Notes: generated by a model not told the origin, from the sequence alone. 32,000 nt of DNA from Trichodesmium erythraeum IMS101 (GCF_000014265.1 NC_008312.1:7620001-7652000), one strand, 5' to 3'; counted from the first letter of the stretch, positions 9,501 through 16,995 are shown. A program made the numbers and translations.

Positions 9501-10248
9501 ATTATTACCAGAAGCTCTGGCTGCTGCTCGACATATTCAGTCTGAACACTTTCGCGCCCACGTTCTCAGTGCTTTGGCTGAGAAATTACCAGCAGAATTA
9601 TTACCAGAAGCTCTGGCTGCTGCTCGACATATTCAGTTTGAGGAAGCTCGCGCCAAAGTTCTCAGTGCTTTGGCTGAGAAATTACCAGAATTATTACCAG
9701 AAGCTCTGGCTGCTGCTCGACATATTCAGTCTGAGTGGGATCGCGCCCAAGTTCTCAGTGCTTTGGCTGAGAAATTACCAGCAGAATTATTACCAGAAGC
9801 TCTGGCTGCTGCTCGACATATTCAGTCTGAGTGGGATCGCGCCAAAGTTCTCAGTGCTTTGGCTGAGAAATTACCAGAATTATTACCAGAAGCTCTGGCT
9901 GCTGCTCGACATATTCAGTCTGAGTGGGGTCGCGCCCAAGTTCTCAGTGCTTTGGCTGAGAAATTACCAGAATTATTACCACAAGCACTGACTATTGCTC
10001 AAGGGATTAAGGATAAGGAATCTCGCGCCCAAGTTATCGTTGCTTTAGCTGATAAATTGACACAAATGCCAAAAACTGAACTTTACCCACTCTGGCAAGA
10101 CACCCTTCACGCCCGATCCCTCCGCACTCGCCGCGACTTACTCTTAGACATAAGAAAACTAACTCCCGTCATCTTTTATTTAGGAGGTCAAGAAGCAATC
10201 AAAAATACAGCCATTGCTATTCAAGAAATTTCCCGGTGGTGGCCTTGA
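6517..10248 (+). CDS. NB-ARC (APAF-1/R-protein type) STAND NTPase with a 22-unit helical repeat array; the annotated GTG start is probably artificial
   Basis: P-loop GLGAVGKSTLA, Walker B LLVVDDAW, VLVTTRERA, LGYLPLALELAA (GLPLA-type) and an MHD-like YRLHDLFHH, followed by 22 repeats of ELLPEALAAARHIQxxxxRAxVLSALAEK(L/F)P. The same frame is open upstream to 6331 with no ATG. It encodes PPLPKYYVDRPEYSDNLKANLLIDSLDRPAIVV, which looks like the missing linker and beta-1 strand. Confidence 0.9.
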   Translation: MTAIHGLGAVGKSTLATALAYDGDVQSRFCDGILWVTLGQEPNILPMLGRWVQKLGDYDFKPTSVEVTVNHLRILLSDKAVLLVVDDAWNSDHAQIFNLGGPRCQVLVTTRERAIAEALSAKTYSLDVMTLEQSMLLLSGRLGREIWGEEARQAEALVQELGYLPLALELAAAQVEDGLSWGVLLEDIQGEVARLRTLDRPGARDVVDEASLKRLSLTASLNLSLKRLEPETREGLIWLGILPEDVNITQGMTAVLWDMDDERDARDELGYLRSKALLLDGVALSDGKKSYRLHDLFHHLARNLLSAPLKPRGRGALAGLGIGLAEAHGIFLEKYRRLTDNYLWHTLPDDGYIHQHLVWHFERAGMIGDIHGLLGEESKSGANGWYETCDGLGRIGIFITDVARAWELAEVDWDEGRLAQVVGWQCRYALITASINSLAANLRRELLVALVKNNVWSPEQGLAYALQKPDLLDKVKSLVMLVDYLPENFKKQALSEALAAARQTQDEDDRAKALSVLAKKLTPELLPEALAAARHIQYEDDRAKALSALTDKLPELLPEALAAARHIQDEDDRAHALSALAENLTPELLQKALDAARRIQSACYRAQVLSALAEKLMPELLPEALAAARQIQDEDDRAHALSALADKLTPELLPEALAAARQIQDEDDRAHALSALADKLTPELLPEALAAARHIQDKYDRAQVLSALADKFPELLPEALAAARHIQDKYDRAQVLSALADKFPELLPEALAAARHIQGETHRAQVLSALAKKLTPELLPEALAAARHIQHDKYRAQVLSALAEKFPELLPEALAAARHIQSERGRALVLSALAEKLPELLPEALAAARHIQDEYYRALVLSALADKFPELLPEALAAARHIQSERGRAHVLSALAEKFPELLPEALAAARHIQDEYYRAQVLSALAEKFPELLPEALAAARHIQDEYYRAQVLSALAEKFPELLPEALAAARHIQDEYYRAQVLSALAEKLPAELLPEALAAARHIQSEHFRAHVLSALAEKLPAELLPEALAAARHIQFEEARAKVLSALAEKLPELLPEALAAARHIQSEWDRAQVLSALAEKLPAELLPEALAAARHIQSEWDRAKVLSALAEKLPELLPEALAAARHIQSEWGRAQVLSALAEKLPELLPQALTIAQGIKDKESRAQVIVALADKLTQMPKTELYPLWQDTLHARSLRTRRDLLLDIRKLTPVIFYLGGQEAIKNTAIAIQEISRWWP
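7990..10068 (+). repeat. 22 tandem in-frame coding repeats of 93 or 96 bp (31/32 aa) inside the NB-ARC gene
   Basis: Direct reading. Units begin GA(A/G)TTATTACCAGAAGC(T/A)CTGGCTGCTGCTCGACATATTCAG. Several neighbouring units are identical or differ at one base (for example the two DKYD units ~8560-8750 and the DEYY units ~9210-9490). The first and last units are more diverged. Confidence 0.95.
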
Positions 10249-10503
10249 TATCAGTTATCAGTTATCAAAAGTTAGAACAGACAAGCAGTTCCCTGGAACA
10301 GTTATTATTAATCTCATAATTAGGCTGTACCCCTAAAATAAATATTGGTCCGGCTAAAACCCAACTACAAAAAAAATAAAACCCTCCTAACATCATATCA
10401 AAGACTCAAGCCCTACTACAAACGAATATTTTTTTTAGAACTAAATATCCCAAATATGATATAAAGAGCTGAAGCCCTTCTACAAACAAAAACCAACAAA
10501 ATT

Positions 10504-11664
10504 ATGAAAACAAACACCCATAAAATACCCCCCCGTAACAATACAAAAACTACCACCCCAACCAAAAATCGGGGAATGTCAACCACAACCAGCATCCTAG
10601 ATACCCTACAGCTAGTTTTTCAAGCAGGAGGGCCAGGATTTTGTCAATTTGCCATTAATAACGCTTGTAACGCCAACTGCGGTTTCTGCAACTTTGCAAG
10701 AGACACCTTTCCTAAAGAAAAAACAAAATTTGTTAACCTTAATGAAGGATTAGACTCAATTAATATTCTATTTCGCGAAGGTATCAGATATCTAGTTTTC
10801 ACAGGTGGAGAACCAACCCTTAACCCCAACTTAATCTCATTTGTTGACCATGCAACAAGATTAGGAATCAAAGTTATGGTAGTAACAAACGGTGGGTTAT
10901 TAACCCCCAAAAAAATTGAGGCATTAGCAGACGCAGGTTTATCTAGTCTAATCATCTCAGTTGATGCCGCCGCTCAAGACATCCATGAAAAAAATCGTGG
11001 GTTACCTGGTGTCTGCAATAAAATAAAAGAAGCAAATCAAATCCTCAAAAATATTGGTATGTATTCCACCGCTTCCGTCACAATGAGTCATTTAGTTGAC
11101 TATGATGCATTGCCAGATTTTCTCACCTCCCTAGGATTTGAATCAGTAGTTTTTTCCTATCCATTAACAAATCTTGATTCTAACTTTTTAGGATATTCTG
11201 ATGCAGGTTTAGTCACTCATACCAATGAAAGTCTCTGGCAAGCCTACGAAAAAGTCAAGCAATTAAAAAAGCGATTTCGTGTAGTTAACCCCACTCTTTC
11301 TTTAGAAGAAATGCAGAGATTCGTCAAAAATGAAGAACAGCGTTATTCTTGTTTAGCAGGTTATCGTTTCTTCTTTCTTGACTGGGAATTAAACTTATGG
11401 CGTTGTCATTTTTGGCATGAACCAATGTGTTCTATTTATGAATTTGATAGCTCCAAATTAGTCAGAGATAATTGTACAAAATGTATGATTAATTGTTATC
11501 GAGATTCTAGTTTAATGCAGAATATTGCCGTATCAATGCAGGATGCTTATCAGTCAATTAAGAAGGGAAATTTATTAGATACAGCAAAAGCTTTAACAAG
11601 AAAAAGTAATGTTGATTCCCTGCGAGCAGTGGTAGAAGAATTACCTTGGATAATGCGTTTTTAA
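10504..11664 (+). CDS. radical SAM enzyme with a Cys-rich C-terminal (SPASM/twitch-like) region
   Basis: CNANCGFCNF (CxxxCxxC) and the FTGGEPTL SAM-binding motif. C-terminal cysteines: CLAGY...WRCHFWHEPMCSIY...NCTKCMINCY. The first 24 residues are low-complexity T/K/N, so the true start may be the Met at about 10576. Confidence 0.75.
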   Translation: MKTNTHKIPPRNNTKTTTPTKNRGMSTTTSILDTLQLVFQAGGPGFCQFAINNACNANCGFCNFARDTFPKEKTKFVNLNEGLDSINILFREGIRYLVFTGGEPTLNPNLISFVDHATRLGIKVMVVTNGGLLTPKKIEALADAGLSSLIISVDAAAQDIHEKNRGLPGVCNKIKEANQILKNIGMYSTASVTMSHLVDYDALPDFLTSLGFESVVFSYPLTNLDSNFLGYSDAGLVTHTNESLWQAYEKVKQLKKRFRVVNPTLSLEEMQRFVKNEEQRYSCLAGYRFFFLDWELNLWRCHFWHEPMCSIYEFDSSKLVRDNCTKCMINCYRDSSLMQNIAVSMQDAYQSIKKGNLLDTAKALTRKSNVDSLRAVVEELPWIMRF

Positions 11665-11689
11665 AGCCTCGGGGTAATCAAGGAATTTC

Positions 11690-12262
11690 AAAAGTCAAAA
11701 CTCAAAACCAGAAAGTAAAAAATCAAAAATAAAAAATAAAAAATAAGAAGTCAAAACTCAAAACTCAAAAGTAAGAAATCAAAAATAAGAAGTAAGAAGT
11801 AAAGGGTCAACTCCCCCCTTTATTTCAGGGGGGGAATTCAAACTTTAGAATGTAAAATTTAAAACTAAAAAATAAGAAGTCAAAAGTAAGAAATTAAGTT
11901 TTAAAAGTCAAAACTCAAAAGAAAGAAATCAAATTTTAAAAGTCAAAATTTAAAAATCAAATTTTAAAAGTCAAAACTTAAAAGTAAGAAATCAAATTTT
12001 AAAAGTCAAAAGTCAACCCCTTCCTTTATCCCAGGGGGAAAGTCAAATTTTAGAATGTAAAACTCAAAAGTCAAAGATAAGAATTCAAAAGTAAGAAATT
12101 AAATTTTAAAATTCAAAACTTAAAAGAAAGAAACCAAAAGTCAAAAGTCAAAACTTAAAACTCAAGATTTAAAAGTCAAAACTCAAATTTTAGAAATTAA
12201 AAATAAGAAGCCAAAAGTCAACCCCCCCCTTCTCCCCTGGGGAAAATCAAAACTTAGAAGAA
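11690..12262. repeat. A-rich nested satellite: degenerate 7-8-mers (AAAGTCA / AAAACTC / AAGTAAG) arranged as about three ~205-bp higher-order units, each with a C-run/G-run hairpin
   Basis: Hairpin cores: CCCCCC-N9-GGGGGGG (11813-11834), CCCC-N13-GGGGG (12017-12038), CCCCCCCC..CCCC-T-GGGG (12222-12242). Spacing is 204 and 205 nt. Each is followed by (T/G)TCAAA(C/T)TTTAGAATGTAAAA-like sequence. It lies between two convergent genes. Confidence 0.85.
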
Positions 12263-12294
12263 AATGACAGTGTTCAATATGCCTACTTTACTAA

Positions 12295-13107
12295 TTATCT
12301 ATTAATTATCAGACCAATAACAATAAAAACAATACCAATAAATCTACCCAGAGAAACCTTTTCTTTTAACCAAAACTTAGCCCCTAAAATACTACAAATA
12401 TAAGTTAATGCAGTTGCCGGACGAACAAAACTAAGATCTGCCCAACTTAACACTAAAATAAAAGATAAAAAAGCAATTGCTTGACAAAGAACACCCAGCA
12501 TAATCAAGGGATTTATAATCACTTTACCTATTTGCTCAAATAGACCATTGAGAGATTTAAAATTTACTTCTCCGACTTGTTTCATACCTCTAGCCAGACA
12601 TAAATCTCCAGTAGAATCAGCCAAAGCAATAATAGCGATCGCCCACCAAGTTTTAGACATATAAAAACTTAAAGATAATCCCATCAATAGGATATTAAAA
12701 TTATAACGTTGTCTATCTTCATAAAGACTTTTACTTAAACCAACAATAAATACACCAATAGTTATAATCAAAGTCCCCAAAAACCGCATATTGGAAATTG
12801 TTTCATCCAAAATCAACCAAGCAAATAAAGCATTTAATAAATAAGTTAAAGAATGGATTGAAAGTATATAACTTAGGTCAAGTTTAGAAAGAACAGTTAA
12901 GTATAAAACCAGGCAAAAAATCAGAGTAATTACTCCTAACCAAACCCAGAAACTTGTGAGTAAGTAAATTATGAATGGCATCCAACTTTCAGAGTTAACT
13001 AGATTAACTTCCCCAAAAATTTTCATAGCCTTGCTTAAGAAAATATCTCCTAAAACCTGAGTAATAATTAACAGAAATAGTAAGATAAAATTAGCCATAG
13101 ATAACAA
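12295..13107 (-). CDS. DMT-superfamily (EamA-like) membrane permease
   Basis: 270 aa, almost entirely hydrophobic helices in two similar halves (…GDIFLSKAMK… and …GDLCLARGMK…), as in two-EamA-domain transporters. Confidence 0.6.
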   Translation of the reverse strand: MLSMANFILLFLLIITQVLGDIFLSKAMKIFGEVNLVNSESWMPFIIYLLTSFWVWLGVITLIFCLVLYLTVLSKLDLSYILSIHSLTYLLNALFAWLILDETISNMRFLGTLIITIGVFIVGLSKSLYEDRQRYNFNILLMGLSLSFYMSKTWWAIAIIALADSTGDLCLARGMKQVGEVNFKSLNGLFEQIGKVIINPLIMLGVLCQAIAFLSFILVLSWADLSFVRPATALTYICSILGAKFWLKEKVSLGRFIGIVFIVIGLIINR

Positions 13108-13431
13108 GCATTTGTGTATTTAAACAACTTATTATTATAATCCCATTCAAAAAAATACTATACTTAGATAATACTTTAATTATCAAATTATTAATTATCA
13201 AATTATTAATATAGAATTTTTAACATTTTGGGGAACAATTAGCCAGACCTGGTAATCATGATTCTATTTTACGAGAGCTCCACAGAATGTTATAACCAGT
13301 AGAGACTTTCCATAGAAGTTACTACCCACCCTCAAGAAAATGTAGAAAAGTTATGAAGAAATAGTATTAGAGCAAATTCCAAACTAATGTGATAAAGTAG
13401 TCAAAAAAATTAAAAGGAGTAAAAAGAAGTA

Positions 13432-14532
13432 ATGCTTCAAAGAAATCAAAAAATCAAGAATCTACAAACTAATAGTTGCGATCGCTCATCCTCATTTGAC
13501 CTCAGAAAAATTGGTTTAAACCCGAACTTTTGGTATCCTCTAGCCCAATCAAAAGAACTAAAAAAAGAAAAACCTCATCAAGTTAGTTTTGGAGGAGAAC
13601 CCATTGTTTTAGTAAGAACAAAATCCAACCAAATATTCGCCCTAGAAGACCGCTGTGCCCACCGACAAATTCCCCTAAGTATGGGAGTAGTTTGTGGAGA
13701 AAAAATCACCTGTACTTATCATGGATGGCAATATGATCAGACAGGAAAAATCGCAAAAGTTTCCTATCTACCAAAAAATTGCTCCTTACCAAAAGGAGTA
13801 AAAAGCTATCCTTGCAAAGAAGCCTATAACCATATTTTTGTATTTCCTGGAAAAGTAGAATTAGCTGAAACCGTACCATTTCCAGAAATTAAAAATTGGT
13901 CTAATAATGAATATAAAACAATGTACTTTTCCCGTCGTGTAAACTGTCATTATTCATTTATGAAAGAAAATTTAATGGATATGAACCATCAATTTTTACA
14001 TCGAAAGTTTATGGGAAAAGTAAAACCAACAATCATAGAAAATTCTCAAGGAGAAAATTGGGTAGAAGCCAAATATAAATTCAGTGGGGAACCTCATCCA
14101 AGTGCCAACTTAGTATTAGCAGCCGGACGAAAAGAAGACTCATCCTCAGAAGATTTAGACTTTGATATTATGACAATTCGCACAGAATATCCCTATCAAA
14201 CCTTAAAAGTTTGCCCCCCAAATTCAGAAAACCCACTTTTAAACCTTTGGGTAGTTTATATTCCAGTAGATCAAGAACAAAAAATTAATCATAGCTTTGG
14301 AATGTTGATGATTCGTAAACCTAAAATTCCCGGATTAATCAATCTTCTCTGGCCATTAATGCGTTATTTTACTCAGGTTATTTTTACCGAAGATAAACTA
14401 GCAGTAGAAACCGAACAAAAAGCTTACGATATTCAGGGAGAAGATAGAAATCAAGAAGTATTTCCTTTGATACTTGATGTGCGAGAATTATTGTACAAAA
14501 AAGGAGTTTCTCTCTTTCCTAAAATCAAGTAA
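13432..14532 (+). CDS. Rieske [2Fe-2S] non-haem-iron oxygenase, alpha-subunit type
   Basis: Rieske motif CAHRQIPLSMG...CTYHGWQYD (CxH...CxxH) and mononuclear-iron-like ENLMDMNHQFLH. Confidence 0.75.
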   Translation: MLQRNQKIKNLQTNSCDRSSSFDLRKIGLNPNFWYPLAQSKELKKEKPHQVSFGGEPIVLVRTKSNQIFALEDRCAHRQIPLSMGVVCGEKITCTYHGWQYDQTGKIAKVSYLPKNCSLPKGVKSYPCKEAYNHIFVFPGKVELAETVPFPEIKNWSNNEYKTMYFSRRVNCHYSFMKENLMDMNHQFLHRKFMGKVKPTIIENSQGENWVEAKYKFSGEPHPSANLVLAAGRKEDSSSEDLDFDIMTIRTEYPYQTLKVCPPNSENPLLNLWVVYIPVDQEQKINHSFGMLMIRKPKIPGLINLLWPLMRYFTQVIFTEDKLAVETEQKAYDIQGEDRNQEVFPLILDVRELLYKKGVSLFPKIK

Positions 14533-15047
14533 ATACCTATATAGCAATTAGGAATAATTTACGAGATATTTAACAACAATAGGACTAACACAAAATCAAC
14601 TTATCTAACATTCTCCCCTTGCAGATAGGGTATTATTTTTCCATGATTCTACATTCATTAAGATGACATACATTGACAATATTGCTATAATAGAAAATCG
14701 TGTTAAAAATATTTGAATATGAAGGCGATAGCTTTCATATATAATCTGTAAAGGAAAACAAGTTTTTAACCTCTTCTTAAACTAAAATCTTGAGGAGCTG
14801 AGGACTTCACAGAAGTAGGTTTATAAGATAGAATTTCGTGATTTGAACCAAAATACATAAACAGCAAAAATCAGATTAGTTCATAGGAGAACCTAAGAGC
14901 TAATTTATAAAGACAATCTAAAAAAAGTATTGCTCAAGTAAAATAAAGTGTTATTGTCTATACCAGTGTTATAATCTATCCAAACTTAGTATGATCGTTA
15001 GTAATGAGTTGCCCGCGAATTGTCCGACGGCGATCGCTGAGCCTCCA

Positions 15048-15090
15048 TTAACTTAACAATGTTAACCATACCTTAACCATACCAAAATCA
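15048..15090 (+). promoter_or_regulatory. Pho-box-like direct repeats (candidate PhoB/SphR site) upstream of phnD
   Basis: GTTAACCA-TAC-CTTAACCA-TAC-CAAAATCA (15061-15090) has exact 11-nt phasing and is preceded by CTTAACAA (15052-15059). This fits the cyanobacterial Pho-box pattern of 8-bp PyTTAAPyPy(T/A) repeats with 3-nt linkers. It sits ~110-150 nt upstream of the phnD ATG. Confidence 0.55.
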
Positions 15091-15198
15091 CTTGAATCAT
15101 TCAAAGTGGGAACTACTAAAGTCCTTGCAACCTTAGCCTGGCTATAAGTTGGGGCAAGGCAGTTATGTCGCACTTGTTTATTTAATGCTAGATATTAT

Positions 15199-16134
15199 AT
15201 GGAGTCATTAACCTATATGTTACGACGTAATTTTTTGTATGCCTCACTGCTTACTCTATCTTTTGCAGTTATTTCATGTAATCAAAGTATTTCTGATAAT
15301 CAAACAGCTAGTTCAACCAATACTACAGACTCCCGTTCCGAATTAATAATGGGGTTAATTCCGGCGGAGAGTAACGAGGAAATGGTGGAAAAGTTTGAGC
15401 CGATGCGGGCCTACATGGAAAAGAAACTAAATCGTCCCATAAAAGTTTTTACTGCTACTGACTATGCCGGTGTGATTGAAGCAATGCGGCAAGATAAAGT
15501 TGATATTGCTTGGTTTGGTCCTCTATCATATGTATTGGCGGAACAAGAAGCTGGAGCAGAAGCATTTGCTACTGGAGTTCGTACAAAAACTGGTAAATCT
15601 ACATATAAAAGTATATTAGTTGTTCCAGGAGATTCCACTGTTCAATCAATTCAGGATTTAAAAGGAAAAAATGTAGCATTTGTTGATCCTGCATCTACTT
15701 CAGGTGGGTTAGTTCCCTCTTACTTAGTGTTAAAAGCAACGGGTCAAAAGCCAAAAGATTTCTTTGGTAAGCTTACCTATGCAGGTTCTCATGATGCAGC
15801 AGGAATGGCTGTAAAAAATCAAACTGTAGATGCAGCAGGTACTAATGATATTACTTATAACAAAATGATCAACAAGGGACTAATTTCCGAAGAGAGTAAT
15901 CGTATTTTGTTGGAATCAGAACCAATACCAGGTTCACCTTTAGCTTATCGTCAGGAATTAGATGAGCAAACAAAGAATAATATTCGTGAGACAGTGTTAA
16001 ATGCTCATAAAGATATTAAAGTGACTGGTTATGGGGATCTTTTGAATTATGAATCTGCCACTCCCAAAGACTACGGGGTTGTCCGCGATATGATTAATAC
16101 CCTGGGAATCGGTCGTGAGGAAATCCTCAAGTAA
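15199..16134 (+). CDS. phnD: phosphonate ABC transporter substrate-binding lipoprotein
   Basis: Lipobox (SFAVISC). PhnD-type motifs: GLIPAESNEEMVEKFEPMRAYMEK, DIAWFGPLSYV, FVDPASTSG, YAGSHDA. It sits in a phn operon. Confidence 0.85.
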   Translation: MESLTYMLRRNFLYASLLTLSFAVISCNQSISDNQTASSTNTTDSRSELIMGLIPAESNEEMVEKFEPMRAYMEKKLNRPIKVFTATDYAGVIEAMRQDKVDIAWFGPLSYVLAEQEAGAEAFATGVRTKTGKSTYKSILVVPGDSTVQSIQDLKGKNVAFVDPASTSGGLVPSYLVLKATGQKPKDFFGKLTYAGSHDAAGMAVKNQTVDAAGTNDITYNKMINKGLISEESNRILLESEPIPGSPLAYRQELDEQTKNNIRETVLNAHKDIKVTGYGDLLNYESATPKDYGVVRDMINTLGIGREEILK

Positions 16135-16995
16135 TAGAGGAATGGTTAATGACTATAACTCTGGTATAGTAGGGCTTTAATAAAGTAACTATTATTATGT
16201 ATAAAAAGCTTTAATAATAGTCTTTTGTATCTTCTGCCTTCACCTACTAAGTAGGGTTTGCTGAAAATTTTTTTTTAGGAAGAGAGCATTGACTTAATTC
16301 TAGAATAACTACTTAATACGTTAAAAAGCATGCCATTATACTGCCAATAACCACAAATAAAATCCATCATAACTAAGCTCAAACTGAATAATAAGCAGAA
16401 AAGCCTGATGGATCAACACGGAGGTTATAGCAGATGGTGTTACAATTGGAGGTTAAGTGTGACCGAATGCAGCTTACACAGATGGTTGTAAATCTAATAC
16501 CAGTAAACTTGGAGAAATTTTTACCAATCAAACAAAACCTCTTTATCCTTGGATGAAAAAAGGCGTTAGTTAATCAAGGCATGAAAAGGAAAATTGAATA
16601 ATTTTAAACATCTGTTATTCAATAGTTTAGCAATTACCAAAAAATACAAATCATACCCTAACTTACCAAGGTCAAACGCCAATATAAATTTAAGAAATGC
16701 GGTCGGCTCGACCGTGAATGTCTGTGGATGAGTAACCGCCGACGGCCTCAGTTGAAGCAGGAAGTAAATATAAATTTGTTACGTTATATGACGCTTTGTA
16801 TCAGTTTTATAGAGCAGTCAGAAGTCACTAAAAGTAATGGTAAGAATTGCCCCTTGATTTTCCGGCGTGGTCAGTCTGAAACCCTGATTGTTTGAGGTTA
16901 AACTACCAAAAAGCCAGTTTTTTTCAAAAAAGGCTATAGCCTCTATATGTCAATGCTTTGAGAATTAATCAGCAAGCCCTCATTACTTAACTATT

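Noticed and set aside
8633-9991. Track ORFs 8633..8839 and 9101..9991 (+), with repetitive translations such as MLWLINSQNYYQK...
   Set aside because: They are an alternative reading frame of the 93/96-bp repeat array. They stay open only because the same stop-free unit is repeated, and the NB-ARC frame is continuous and motif-bearing.
7990-10068. Regular ~94-bp repeats that could be mistaken for a CRISPR array
   Set aside because: There are no unique spacers, since the units abut directly. The period is a multiple of 3 and in frame within a long ORF, and the units translate to a helical protein repeat.
11690-12262. The A-rich repeat region as a CRISPR array or a coding gene
   Set aside because: There is no repeat-spacer alternation, the units are degenerate 7-8-mers, and no ORF of meaningful length exists on either strand.
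14673-14691. TTGACA followed by TATAAT upstream of phnD, looking like a perfect sigma-70 promoter
   Set aside because: The spacer between the hexamers is only 7 nt, so they cannot act as one -35/-10 pair. TATAAT alone may still be a -10, but this is unsupported.
15104-15118. An 11-nt match (TGGGAACTACT) between the phnD leader and the IS fragments
   Set aside because: The match does not extend on either side, so it is most likely chance. There is no other IS-like sequence near phnD.
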